64,000 nucleotides of DNA from Macrostomum lignano (GCA_002269645.1 NIVC01000696.1:372001-436000), one strand, 5' to 3'; shown: positions 1 to 13,291, counted from the stretch's first letter. The notes: generated from the sequence alone by a model not told the origin. Numbers and translations: made by a program.

Positions 1-149
1 AGCTCGATTCTTGTTTTTTTATTGAATAAACGTGTTTACTTGCTCTATTATATTGCTGATTTATGCTTTGCGGCTTTTCTCTGCTGTTTCAAATGCTTGC
101 TTTAGTTTGCTCCTGCGCTGGATGACCCTGTCTCTGTGTCGGAGCTCCT

Positions 150-455
150 GATTCCCCAAGCCTGATGCGCATGGGGCACTGTATTGAGCTGGGATTACCT
201 GTTCCCCGATTCCCCAAGCCTGATGCATGGGGCACTGTATTGAGCTGGGATTACCTGTTCCCCGATTCCCCAAGCCTGATGCGCATGGGGCACTGTATTG
301 AGCTGGGATTACCTGTTCCCCGATTCCCCAAGCCTGATGCATGGGGCACTGTATTGAGCTGGGATTACCTGTTCCCCGATTCCCCAAGCCTGATGCGCAT
401 GGCGCACTGTTTTGAGCTGGGATTACCTGTTCCCCGATTCCCCAAGCCTGATGCA
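150..455. repeat. Minisatellite with alternating 58-bp and 56-bp units (114-bp higher-order period), ~5.3 units
   Basis: Unit gattccccaagcctgatgc(gc)atggggcactgtattgagctgggattacctgttcccc starts at 150, 208, 264, 322, 378 and 436. It explains the repetitive ORFs 61..456 and 165..473. Confidence 0.95.
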
Positions 456-2149
456 TCAGGAATCCACGAATAGGGTTGGCATTAGTTGACCCAGATGCAA
501 TATTGAGATTTTTGGCTATGAAATTACATAAATGTAAATTGATGAAATAGCATAGTGGAGACAGTTGCTAGCCTTTGGACATCCAGTTAAGTTAATTTTA
601 TCTGATGCTGTGTACACGCGACTGGCGCATTGACAGCTAGTGTCTCCCCACTAGCTACCTTTGTTTGTGCGCTTCAACTCTCTACAGTAGCAAATCTGTT
701 TCTCTGTCTGTGTGATTTTTCTATTTCTTTTGTTACTCTTAATTAACACTGCCGATTGGCTTGGATTGAGCTGCAGGATCGGAATGTCCGGGCGCAACGT
801 GTTTGTGTCAATCGGATTCGTGTTAATCTGTTAGCTATGAGGAACTCCTTCCTGTGCGCGCAGGCCTTTCCGATTCTGCTCCACTTCCTCCTTCTATCTG
901 CAGTTTCTCCTCATTCTGCCCTACTCTGCGAAATTTGTAATTTAACTCCCTAAAGATTGAAAGTAGCTGTACGAAACAGATATTAAACAAATATTGGCAC
1001 TCTTGTGAATTTTTTTAGTTACTGTTTTCATGCCTGCTATTCATTATACAAGTCCGGAGTGCATGCCCCGCGTGTGCATGAGCGCACAGCTATATCTTGA
1101 TCCTTATATTTTCACATGTGCTTTGTTTGCTTCAATTTTTATGCGTGTGTAACTTAGTACGAGTTTTTATTGGAAATAGTAATTATATTAATATGTTAAG
1201 CGCACGCACTGCAAACCAAAACTTGCACTCTTGTTGTCCAATATCCGAGATGCCGGGACCTGAACTCCCCGGCTCTTTTGTTGTTTGCAAATTTTGCCAC
1301 GCGTCGATCAATTTATCAGTTTAGCTCGCGCTAATCCGATAAGCAAATAAATGTATTCAAGTTTTTAATACGCGTAGCAATACTGCACTAAAATTTCTAC
1401 TGTGGCAGCGTGGCGGCTTGCTTTTTCATTTTTTTAAAAAACAGATTCGTGTTGTGTTCTGCTGCTTCTTGCTGATTGCGGTCTTGGGGGAGCGCTGATG
1501 CGAGGGAATTCAGCAAGTTTTTGGCTGCCATGTTTGCATTGCATAGCCCGACCGATGGAAGACCTTATAAATTACTTATTACTAATATATTTGGATTCAA
1601 GTAAAGCTCTGTTTTACTGGCATTGTGCTATCTTAAAAGTCTTTAATCTTGTCTTTAAATGTTTTTCTCGAACAAATTTGGTTTGGTTTACTCACTATAT
1701 AAGATCAGGTTATACAGTACTATATAGTAAGGAAGCTAGGTTTGATTTTTGGCTATTCTCAGAGCGTTGGACTGAAACAGGTCAACTTGTTAATAACTTA
1801 ACCTAACAACATTATATATACTCTTCAAAATTATTTAGAGCATGCCGCGGGTAACTCATTTCATTCAAGCACTACTAAAAGTAGCCATGTCAGTTCTGTG
1901 GGGATTAATACTTTTTAGCCTTAATTTAATATTCGTGTAATAGTATGAATTTTAGCTCAAATCCCAAAACTGTAGCTCATAAATTATCATTTGTGATTGC
2001 CTTGGCGATGAAACTGCTATTATTAAGATTTAGCATACCCTAATAAAAAGTGCTCCAAAATTTAGTGCTTATTTCACACCAGAAATCAAAACCTGCGAGA
2101 CTTCAATTCAGCAGCTGGCGTCTTTGCAAGTTATTTGATTAACTAAGCT

Positions 2150-2900
2150 CGGTGTAACTACCCCCCCCCCACCAAGCCTTGCAGAGAATTCGATTACTCC
2201 CAAAGCCAACACGGAAGCTTTTGATTTGAATGGGGCAAATCTGTTTATGGAGTTGTCCAAGACACAGGATATTGTGTGTGTGCCCTGGTGTCCGAGGCTG
2301 CAGTTTGAGATCAGGCTGAGGGGCTCCTGTGCAAACAGGCATCTCAGCTCGCACACAGGTTGGCAAACAGTGCGCTCTATAGAGAGCCCTGATGTAGGCA
2401 GCTGGAACGATCTGAGACGCAGAAATTGAGCTTGAGAGAGCTCTCATGACCATTAGCTCAGCTCATAAGAGACGCTCTTTGGCTCAATAGCAATATTATT
2501 GAGCTTCTTGGCACCGTGCCTCGGCAATCTATCTCTCTTCGTAAATCAAAATGACATCCCGCATGTCAGACTGTCCTGCACACACAGCTTACTGTGCGAT
2601 GGAGCTCCACTTCCAACAGCTTTGCAGAATCCACGTGCCTCCTTGTCGCCACTAAGGATGCTTGCGAAAGCGGCCTGAAGTGGATGCTGCCGAGTCTTTG
2701 TTTGCCGGCAGTGTTGCGGAATTTTTATGAGAGCCCCCTGGAAGTTGGCGAAAAGTTAGTCGGGTCCGATGTTTGGCATGTGCGAGACGCTGAGAGCACT
2801 GGAAATAAGAATGGGAGATTCGGCAGAGTTCTCGGCTTGACCGCGTCCACACGAGAGGGGCAGCGTGATTTGATTGAATGGGGACACCTGTCCCGTAGTG
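2150..2900 (-). mobile_element. Possible heavily decayed non-LTR retrotransposon RT fragment
   Basis: Minus-strand pieces weakly resemble RT motifs: CGRGQAENSAESPILIS ~ GVRQGxxLSPxLF, FCKAVG, and LYRAHCLPT ~ YKAxVLPxL. Many stops and frameshifts. Confidence 0.25.
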
Positions 2901-3152
2901 ATTTCTCTTTGACAGTCAAATGGGCGCCCCTTGGATATGTCAAATAAATGGACCTGATTAATACAAATACTGCTCGTACCCCATTTGCTGTTTACTGGGG
3001 GCCAAATTTGCTGCCATCTATTGCAGTGAAGGTGAAGAATATCTATCTTGTCTAGGCGCCTTCTGACACAGGTGCGCCTTACTGGGTGGGCGCGCCTTAC
3101 TTACGCGGGTGCGTCTTCCAACAAGGACACCTTGTTGGGCGGGATGTCGAGT

Positions 3153-3279
3153 ATCAGGGTACAGGGGTGCTTAACATCAGAGTCAGGGTTGTCTAACATC
3201 AGACTCAGTTGTCTAACATCAGGGTACAGGGGTGCTTAACATCAGAGTCAGAGTTGTCTAACATCAGGGTACAGGGGTG
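3153..3279. repeat. Short degenerate minisatellite of ~20-23-bp units anchored on taacatcag
   Basis: Recurrent taacatcag followed by ggtacaggggtgct or agtcag(g/a)gttgtc. Confidence 0.8.
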
Positions 3280-4074
3280 TTCCGCAAATTCTAAACAAAA
3301 CTCCGACCACGTAAGTCTCTAAACGCCACTCAGCCTCTGAAGTCCATGCACCGCCAGGTCGCGTCTGGTAACTGGTTCTCAGTTTTCAGTCTGCCAATGG
3401 CCAGAGTGCCTACCGGAGAGTGCCACTTAATTTACTGTAGCAGAAAAAAGTCCTGACAAGCAATGATTTTCTTTTTCTGTCTCCGTAAAAACAAGGCGCG
3501 ACAGTTCTTTTGCGAATTTTGCTTTTTGCAGCCCCTTGCTCCGCGCAACCTTCTCTCTGATCTGCATTTAACGCTGCTGCTCGTCCGGCAGATCTCTGCG
3601 CAGCTCAGCGGGTGGCTTCTTGTTTGCAGCCGCCATGACACAAGAGAATAAATTCTGCTCCTCGGTGCGGGCCCTTCTTCTTCACGGCTCCTTCTCACTC
3701 TGCGCGCTCAGAACTGCGCAAATTTGTGGGGTGATAAACCAAATCTAACATGATACAGGAAGCGCGGGTGGCACCAGCTTCAATGGAATATACAATTATA
3801 ATTATTTATCTGCAAGTCAAGGCTCAGTGGCATGCCCCTCTATTTCAGCTCGTGCTTACTGCGTCGCTTGAATTTCCCTAATAATTCAGGAGTGTTAAAA
3901 AAAACAATTTGCTTAAAAGAAACCGAAGCAGTTTTTTTAATTGAAACGTGGTTGAGTTGTTTCTGAATCGTTAACTAATCGCAGGTGCTATAATTAACTG
4001 GTTATCGCAACCCCTTCGGCGAAATCGTCCCACACCACAATCCGCCCAATTCTGCCCATTCCGCTGGCTCCTGA

Positions 4075-4205
4075 GCACACACAAGCGCGCCAATACTGTA
4101 CGCAGGCACGCACTCATGCACGCTCACAGAGGGTGTACAGCGGCCCTGGCCTTCTAATCGTCAGGCTTGTACACTCAGGCTTGTACCTGTGCCTTGGCGG
4201 TTGGC
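4075..4205 (+). repeat. Dispersed repeat, copy A (copy B at ~33090-33210)
   Basis: Both sites share gcgccaatac...cacgctcaca(g/c)agggtgtacagcggccctg...taatcgtcaggc...ctgtgccttgg in the same orientation. Confidence 0.8.
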
Positions 4206-4286
4206 CAATTTTCAAGCAAAAGCTTCACATTGTGACATCAATGTGGGGTCAAAGCCAGAGTGAATTCTAGCAGATCACAAACACGA

Positions 4287-4629
4287 GGGGTCCATGAGAA
4301 TTGCCCGCAGCAGACGAATTGCCCGCCAAGATTTGCCCGCGAGCGAATTGCCCGCCGAGGTAGCAATGCTTTTTTCCTGCAACGCGGCAGATTTTGTCTG
4401 CATTGAATCCCCAATGCTTAGTAAGTCTTAATAAAGAGATTTACCCGATCAAACGCTTTGATAGTAACTGCATATCAATTGCATATTTTTTTCTGGGGGG
4501 CATTGCAGACAGAAATCAGCTGCCAAATGCGCTGTAGGAAAAAAGGCATTGCAGGCAAACCTCGGCGGGAAATACTCGGCGGGCAAATCGCTCGCAGGCA
4601 ATTCGTCTGCGGGCATTTCTCGTGCTCCC
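4287..4629. mobile_element. MITE (~343 bp) with imperfect TIRs and a near-perfect 8-bp TSD
   Basis: Left arm carries repeated (a/t)ttgcccgc motifs (4295-4365), mirrored as gcgggcaa(a/t) at 4560-4622. Flanks are aaacacga (4279-4286) and aaatacga (4630-4637). Confidence 0.7.
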
Positions 4630-5427
4630 AAATACGAGTCTACAGGTTGTCACTACACTGTAAATCTCACTGTAAACTAGTCAGCAGGCCTCTGAAGCTC
4701 TGGTGATGCAAATTTGGTTCAAAGTGGATTCGAGACAAGACCGCAGTGCTGGCAGCCAATAATATTGTTCCTCTCTCCGCTGGATGTTTTCCTATTGGCT
4801 GATGGCGTGGCAGTTTCGGTGCCCCGGCGCTTTACATTAACCGTAGGCTCCCTCGAGTCCACTTCGCGTCTCAACTGTTGCTTTTTAACAGCGAGGCGCG
4901 GTAAGAATAAGCACTTGTTCCTCACTATCTATAACACTGATCTTCATCTGCCATGGAGCCGCTTTGCCCACAAGCTGGGCCAGAAATCTGTGGAAACCAG
5001 GCGGAGGTCAGGGGTGAGTAACTGGGGTCACTTCGGATGGCGGGTAACAGGGGGCCAGTTGAAAGACAAGCAGGTGCGAAATCCATGGAAATATAATTGC
5101 GATGCCCTAAAAAATTACTGCCTTCAATTCCAAATGAGTTCTCAGCTGACTTCACGGCCATTAGACGGACAGCGTTTGGGGATTTCTGCATGTAGATGAA
5201 GGAATGCGATCGTTTATCTGAAAAATCTATGGCCAAGAGGCCTTCGAGTTCCTGGCCATATACTTTATTCGGACGAGCGATCGCTTTTATTCCTTCATCT
5301 ATGGTATTACTTTTAGGTCAGGTTAAGTCAAAACTAATCCAATGGCCGGCCATATACTACTTGGCTGGGTCATTCCAACACGCATCGACGCGCACCGCCT
5401 TTTCGTCGTGCATGGTTTTCAGTTGAA

Positions 5428-6974
5428 ATGGAAGCGGCCACCCGAGCTGCAGCCAGCCAGCAGCAGCTCCAGCAGCACCAGCAGTGGATCCTGCAGCAGT
5501 ACTGGCAGCTGCATCTCATTCAAACGCGCCACAGCCCGGGACTCGAGCATCTATCCCTGCCGCTCACCCAGTGGCTGAGCTTGCTCAAGTCGCCAAGGCA
5601 ATGTCTCGCAGTCGCACCAGCCGCATTGAGAGGCCCCCGTTTCGACTTCAGCCGCCTGGCCCAGTCCTGCCTGGAGCCCGACGCTGGCCCCTCTCGGCTC
5701 GGCCCATCGGCCTCGGCTCAGGTGCGGCCACCGCAGCCGCAGCGGCCGCAGCGGGACGCCACCCGACTGCACCGGGTCACGAGGGGCCGCGGTCCTGGCA
5801 GGTTAGTTGGTATAATACACCCAACTGAGAGCATAGCTGGTACACTGCATGTGCTCTTGAGCAGTCAGATTTTTTTCCAATGACTTGGCAAAACAATTTC
5901 TTAAATTTTAAGAAAAAATTCTCAGTTCTAAGAAAATCGAGAGTAGCGTCAGCTTCAACTTCAGTAGTCTATGGTACAACCCCCACCGTCTCAACACTGT
6001 ACAGGCTGTACACAACCCTAAGGACCCCCCTCACAATTACAGCCACACCTGGCCACCTGCAAGCAACGGGTCCAGCATATTTTTGAAGCATGCATCTTTT
6101 GCGGTATTACATGTATATCCCACAATGTACCTCATTCAAATGTAGTCATAGATAGTAAAAGCGTAGATGGGCCACTCCGTTTGCTTGAAATGCAAAAAAA
6201 TCTGCACAATTTGCAGCTCTACTGTTAGTAGCGATTTAAGAGCATTGCGAGCGTAATTTTAGATGCTCTTAGAATTGTAAATATTAGCAGGAGAGCTGTT
6301 GGGCACCCTGGCGCAACGCTTTCGTCGAAATTTTCCCCCAACCAGCGAAAATTTGCATAAAAACAAAGAGTTTTGTTGTGCAACTCCATTTGCTCACCGC
6401 GCCTTTCACCCGCAGAGCCCGCAAGGAGTACGTGTGCAAGTACTGCAGGCGCCACTTCACCAAGTCCTACAACCTGCTGATTCACGAGCGAACCCACACA
6501 GATGAGCGGCCGTTTCCCTGCGAGATCTGCGGCAAAGCCTTCAGGCGGCAGGACCACCTGCGGGACCACCGGTACATTCACTGCAAGGACAAGCCGTTCA
6601 AGTGCGACGTCTGCGGCAAGGGCTTCTGCCAGGCCAGGACTCTGCAGGTGCACAGGACGCTGCACCGCAGCACAATGGTACGTGAGCTCAATCGCAGCCG
6701 GGACTCGTGGATGAGTTCAGATGCTTGGCGAATCATTCTCTGCAATCTGCAACGGAAAATATGCCTGTTATTTTTAATAAGTTACAATTTTACAATTTTG
6801 CAATTAGGGATTCCTTTACTTTCTACTCATAGTAGCAATGCTGGTGCGCCCAGTGTCAGGATTCCGAGCTCGAATCAGTTGATCACTTGTTGCAAACAAC
6901 CCGTCATCTTGCAGTTGCAGGTGCCAGCCGTCCGGGTTTCCCAGTCTGACCGCACGCCTGACAAGCAGTGCTAG
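5428..6974 (+). CDS. osr: Odd-skipped-family C2H2 zinc-finger transcription factor; join(5428..5801,6416..6677,6921..6974)
   Basis: Three fingers [31 protein letters not shown]...[13 protein letters not shown]...[14 protein letters not shown] match the Odd/OSR signature. Exon 1 has the Odd-family PRFDFSRLA motif. GT-AG junctions are phase-compatible (2, then 0). Confidence 0.92.
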
Positions 6975-7203
6975 CGCGACACCTTCCAGATAAGCACAAG
7001 CGCTGCAACCTGACTGTCCTATAAAACTTTGAAGTTGCTTCTGATGCAGTGAATTGCTTCTAAGTCTATTCTAAAATATAAATCAGCATTCTCCCCTGAA
7101 GATAAGGAGTGCGCTAAACTCGCAGCCCGTTATTTCAATTGCATGCTTTTGCAGTTAACTTTCAAAACTAAATCGCCTTTTACATCTATCTGTCTATTTA
7201 CAA

Positions 7204-7667
<464 letters not shown>

Positions 7668-8258
7668 ATCTATCGATCGATTAGGCTTAGAGCAAATACT
7701 TGTGTACTCATCCTATTACTTTATTTCTTAGAACCTTTAAGAAGACGAGCAGATAGAGTGGACGCGGAGTACAGTGGCTCAGAAGCCAGTTTTTTACCAT
7801 ATTTTCGAATTTCAGCAGGAATAAACGATGAGTTTAAAAGTAGATGAAGGTCAAACTCAGTGCTGGTGCAGGGGTGCTCACTGGCTGCTCAAGTACGAGC
7901 TAGAAGCAGACAGAGTGACGAGTGCGCAACGCAGTTAACTACGTAATCGTAGTTTGTTGACATTTTTGATGGTTTTGCTGTTTTCCTGTCTGCGGCTCCG
8001 AAATTCATACTCAGCTCTAGCATGGTTGAGTTGTGCATGCAAAACCGTGAATAAATAGAATAGTGTTATTTTTTGGTGAGATCGTGGCTGGGCAGGCGCT
8101 TCTCTCAGCAGAGTGGAGCAGTGGTTTCAGTTCATAGACGACTCTGAGGTGTTTCCAATATCAGGTATAATTGAATAAGCGTGAGTAAAATTCCAAACTC
8201 TAAAAATATTTATACTCGTCCAATTATCTCGTCAAACGCACTACTGGAAATTACTGGC

Positions 8259-9528
8259 GCTGTAGCTGGGCCCTCGCTTACAGAGCCCTCAGGCTCGTCA
8301 CAGGGTGACTGACCGGAGCTGTATCTGGGCCCTCGCTTACAGAGCCCTCGGGCTCGTCACAGGGTGACTGACCGGAGCTGTAGCTGGGCCCTCGCTTGCA
8401 GAGCCCTCGGGCTCGTCACAGGGTGACTGACCGGAGCTGTAGCTGGGCCCTCGCTTACAGAGCCCTCGGGCTCGTCACAGGGTGACTGACCGGAGCTGTA
8501 GCTGGGCCCTCGCTTACAGAGCCCTCGGGCTCGTCACAGGGTGACTGACCGGAGCTGTAGCTGGGCCCTCGCTTACAGAGCCCTCGGGCTCGTCACAGGG
8601 TGACTGACCGGAGCTGTAGCTGGGCCCTCGCTTACAGAGCCCTCGGGCTCGTCACAGGGTGACTGACCGGAGCTGTAGCTGGGCCCTCGCTTACAGAGCC
8701 CTCGGGCTCGTCACAGGGTGACTGACCGGAGCTGTAGCTGGGCCCTCGCTTGCAGAGCCCTCGGGCTCGTCACAGGGTGACTTACCGGAGCTGTAGCTGG
8801 GCCCTCGCTTACAGAGCCCTCGGGCTCGTCACAGGGTGACTGACCGGAGCTGTAGCTGGGCCCTCGCTTACAGAGCCCTCGGGCTCGTCACAGGGTGACT
8901 GACCGGAGCTGTAGCTGGGCCCTCGCTTACAGAGCCCTCGGGCTCGTCACAGGGTGACTGACCGGAGCTGTAGCTGGGCCCTCGCTTACAGAGCCCTCGG
9001 GCTCGTCACAGGGTGACTGACCGGAGCTGTAGCTGGGCCCTCGCTTACAGAGCCCTCGGGCTCGTCACAGGGTGACTGACCGGAGCTGTAGCTGGGCCCT
9101 CGCTTACAGAGCCCTCGGGCTCGTCACAGGGTGACTGACCGGAGCTGTAGCTGGGCCCTCGCTTGCAGAGCCCTCGGGCTCGTCACAGGGTGACTGACCG
9201 GAGCTGTAGCTGGGCCCTCGCTTACAGAGCCCTCGGGCTCGTCACAGGGTGACTGACCGGAGCTGTAGCTGGGCCCTCGCTTACAGAGCCCTCGGGCTCG
9301 TCACAGGGTGACTGACCGGAGCTGTAGCTGGGCCCTCGCTTACAGAGCCCTCGGGCTCGTCACAGGGTGACTGACCGGAGCTGTAGCTGGGCCCTCGCTT
9401 ACAGAGCCCTCGGGCTCGTCACAGGGTGACTTACCGGAGCTGTAGCTGGGCCCTCGCTTGCAGAGCCCTCGGGCTCGTCACAGGGTGACTTACCGGAGCT
9501 GTAGCTGGGCCCTCGCTTGCAGAGGCCT
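8259..9528. repeat. 59-bp tandem repeat, ~21.5 highly homogeneous copies
   Basis: Unit gctgtagctgggccctcgcttacagagccctcgggctcgtcacagggtgactgaccgga starts at 8259, 8318 and so on. Confidence 0.98.
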
Positions 9529-9873
9529 CAGTCCTGGTGCAGGAAGACTTTCGGTAGCTGCAGCTGCATGGACAGAGCCCTCAGTCCCCGGAACTCCCAA
9601 GCGTGAAAGACTGCACAAAGCAGCTCTGAGATGGGACCGCATTAATAAATGGTTCGCATTCGCACGCAACCTGAGTGCCTCTCTAGGAATTTTTGCTTGC
9701 GAAAATCAAATCATGATTTATTGATGCAACAGCATGAGAACAGTTTTATTTCTCACCCGCTACTTTGGCAGTCGCAGCTGGAAATGATTGCCGCTTCTCG
9801 CGTGCAGGCGGAAATGATTTATTAATGTATAATATAATTTGCCCCCCCCCCCCTGATAACAAGTAAAGCAGGT

Positions 9874-10140
9874 CAGGGGCGTAGCGAGGGGGGTATCGGT
9901 ATATCGGCCGATACCCCCAAATTTCCAAAGCAACATTTTTTTTCCTTTTTTCAGTTGCAATTGTGACCGTTAAGGAAGAGAAAGGTATCCAAATCGAAAG
10001 AATAACAATTAACAAACAAATAGAGTAATTATATGTATTATGCACTAGAAATACATTAAGGGGATATGTGGATCTCAAGCCCTTGCTTTCTGATAACAGC
10101 TAACCGATACCCCCCAAAAAAAATCCTGGCTACGCCCCTG
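9874..10140. mobile_element. hAT-type MITE (267 bp)
   Basis: TIR caggggcgtagc / gctacgcccctg; exact 8-bp TSD aagcaggt at 9866-9873 and 10141-10148; subterminal ccgatacccc motifs. Confidence 0.9.
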
Positions 10141-10815
10141 AAGCAGGTAGTTGTTATCACAATATTCAGAAACTCTTCGAGCTCAGAGTGTAAGCATGTA
10201 CACTTGTAGCGATATTTAGAAAATTATCTATCTATAAATAGATAGATAGATAATTTTCAAAGCTTTGATATTGCCACGGGAACTCTATTGTTTATTTAAC
10301 GATTTTAACTCGGTAACTCGCAGCATTGTAACGGATATACCTCATCAAGTATCGATATTTTGTTAGCTTAACACTATTTCGCTTTCCTGTAAAACTTATT
10401 GAGAAATTGCGAGAGAGAAATTAGTCACTGAAACAAAATAACATCGAGTAATAAAATCGAGTATTGTATTGTGTCTAAAATACGAGTATTTCGCAGAATA
10501 GTCAGCGAGTCGGCAAAGATATATCGGCAAAGAGGTGGCAGTGAAACAGCAGGTACGCAGTAACGCTTTACACGTAAAACGGTAGGCGACGGGTGGGAGC
10601 CAATTTTGAGGCTAAAAAACTTTTTCGACTTGATGGCAAATGTGGGGTGCAAGCAAAACTTGTGGCTGGCAGTGCTCTACTGCAGTTAGAGATCGCAAAG
10701 CAGGTGTGCGCACGCATCAACTTGATCGATTTTCTTGCTTGGCTAAACTGTTTTGCTCATGGTGCGTGCGATGAAGCCTTTGTGGACTTTTTTGCGAGTT
10801 TTCGGGGGATGCAAA

Positions 10816-11029
10816 GATGTGGCTTCTGGCTGTAAACCTACACCTGAGTCTGAGAGTCATGTAACCGGATGTGGCTTCTGGCTGTAAACCTACGCCTGAG
10901 TCTGAGAGTCATGTAACCGGATGTGGCTTCTGACTGTAAACCCATGTCTGAGTCTGAGAGTCATGTAACCGGATGTGGCTTCTGACTGTAAACCCATGTC
11001 TGAGTCTGAGAGTCATGTAACCGGATGTG
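10816..11029. repeat. 52-bp tandem repeat, ~4 copies
   Basis: gatgtggcttctg(g/a)ctgtaaacc...gagtctgagagtcatgtaaccg at 10816, 10868, 10920 and 10972. Confidence 0.95.
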
Positions 11030-12137
11030 CCGCATTACACGAAGCCAGATGGAGAAGAATCAATCGGATAAGGGCCCAGGACTAAGGCTAAAGCCTGTGG
11101 AATTTCTAATCAGTCTGATTCCAGGAGCGGCTCGGCTGACAAAGGCTTTTTAAGCTTTGGATTACTTTGCTGAGCCTTTCCGCCTAATTCCCTGCATAGA
11201 GACTATCGGGTCCCCTGCGCTGCTACAGATGTAGAAAGCTCTAGTAAGACTCCATGTGACAGGCATCATCTAACCCTTATCCTGTTTCATTTCCGCTGTC
11301 TTTCACGGCAGTAAAAACAGTTTGCTAAGTTCAAGAGTGCCGATAGTCTCATGCAGCTGATTCTCGGGCTGCTCTGCAAGTCTGCTGATGAGGAGGGAGG
11401 GGATTTCAGGGGTACAAAAGTGCTTTGCTGCAGCCACCATGGAGCCAAAGTTGACTGGCTGCAGACTGGACGAATCTCTGTGATCAAGTCGGGTTCCTGC
11501 TCGACTTTTCTGCCCAATCTGTTTTTTCGCGATAAAAAGCAGAAAAACTTCGCCCGATGCTGGGGGGCGCCACACATGGAAATTGAGAGCGTGGATTGAA
11601 GTGTGCGGACAGCGGAATGAGCTGTCAGATACGTGATTTGCATGTTTGTCCTTTCGGCATTTGCACATTTTAATTTAATACGGGATCGGGAAACCGAGAA
11701 AGGGAGATTGGCAGCTCAACTGAGTTGGGTTATCCCACTTTGATTTTTTCTGCTCGCGACTCTTCTTCATACGAGTGGGACATTTCCCGTCCTTCGCTGA
11801 CCTGTTTGCTTTGTTTGTTTTTATTTGTCACCCAGCCGGAGCCCGATTGAAATTTTTAGTCCCGACAGAAAACTCCAGAATTTGTTATACAATAAAATAA
11901 TTTTTGTAGAAAAACTACCGCTTGTAACTTGCTTTGCTTTATTGTAAGTACAATGCATTCTGATATGTAATCATAAACAGTGTTGAAAACCGAAGGCCAG
12001 TCTGTCTAGCGACTATCGCTAAACTGATACGAGTCCGGAGAGAACACTCCTTAGTACTAAAACGGGCGCGAATTGCTTCTTCTTCATACTTTTAATCATT
12101 TCGATACTAAACAAAGCAATTTCAGCCATTCAGTCAG

Positions 12138-13291
12138 TCAGAGCGCACTGACAGAGCCAGAGTGGCTGTTTCCCTGCCTCCTGGAGAGCCCATTGGAGTT
12201 GACGCCGCCCACTCGCGCTAGCGGCGACCCGGCCTCCGATGAGACTTCGTCGGCAAACGCGGCCACAACTCCGGCCGGGGGGCGGAAGGCGACGCAGGCC
12301 TCCTTCTCCCAGGGGTCGAGCAGGTTCGCCCGCTCCGCTGCTGACGAGGAGACCACAACGGCCGGGGCAGACGCGGAGGCGGCATCGTCAACTACGTCAC
12401 CGTCATCAGCGTCTGCCGCCTCCGCGCCGACACCACCGCGGGTGCTTAGGTAGAAGAACTCCAACACCTCAACCACGAAGGCAGCAGTGAGGCCGATGCA
12501 CAAAGAGCAGAGACCGCCGATCCGACTGAGCAAGATATTGACATCTAACGTCAACTTCTCTTTTTTCATCGTCATGTCCCAATTTCGGCGCCTAATTTTG
12601 ATGTAAGTGTAAGCGTTCTGCTGCGACAGGTACTTGGTGTACTCGCTGGACGCGATGTCGGATATGTTTCTCTTCACTCTATAGAAGAATTCGGCATCGT
12701 TCACCTGTGATTGCCGGTACAGATTTCCCCATTTGTAGTGCTCCGCTAGAGCGGCCAGCTTGCTAGACGATGGCACCCACTTAGCAATTGACAAAGCGGT
12801 CTCATATGTTGAGTAGGTGCACCTCGGCAGACAGCTGATTGAAAGGTTTCGCTTCAGCAGCTCCATATCCTCCAGGTAGTTTCCGGCGCATTGTAAGCGG
12901 CTATTGACTTGTCTCAGATAGTCCAGCCTAGTGTTGCCGTCGCCACCGCCAGTAACGTCGGTGCAGTACGGAACTTTGTTGTCAGGCATCCGCAGCACTG
13001 GCCATAAAGTTGACTGACAGCCGCAATTGTCTATAAAGTGCTTTTGAAGTTTGGCATTCACGCACTGGTGATAGTTTCCGGTGTACTTGCGCTCCAGGTG
13101 GCGCACATGTGGCTGGTTGTCCCGGCAGGCCCGCTTCGGCGTGGCCAATTTGCTCCAGCTGGTGGTGCCGTAGCTGATTTCGTTCATTCGGCCTGGCTCA
13201 ACGTTGAAGCCGCTCTGGGCGAAGTCGGGGATTGTGTTTCTCTCGTGAATCGTCACTTTGACGCCTTCACCGCGTGTTAGCACATCGTATA
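12138..13291 (-). pseudogene. 3' half of an intronless DEG/ENaC (ASIC/FaNaC-like) channel gene interrupted by the LTR element
   Basis: GVKVTIHE...P....GFNVEPG motif, Cys-rich ectodomain (CGCQ, CLPRC), and TM2 LLSRIGGLCSLCIGLTAAFVVEVLEFF. Joins in frame to 23996..24674 when the element and one TSD copy are removed. Confidence 0.9.

Noticed and set aside
5484-5828. Alternative frame for odd exon 1
   Set aside because: The 5428 frame has the family FDFSRLA motif and the correct splice phase; this frame has neither.
8259-9528. CRISPR-like appearance of a palindromic repeat array
   Set aside because: The units are contiguous with no unique spacers, there are no cas genes, and the context is eukaryotic.
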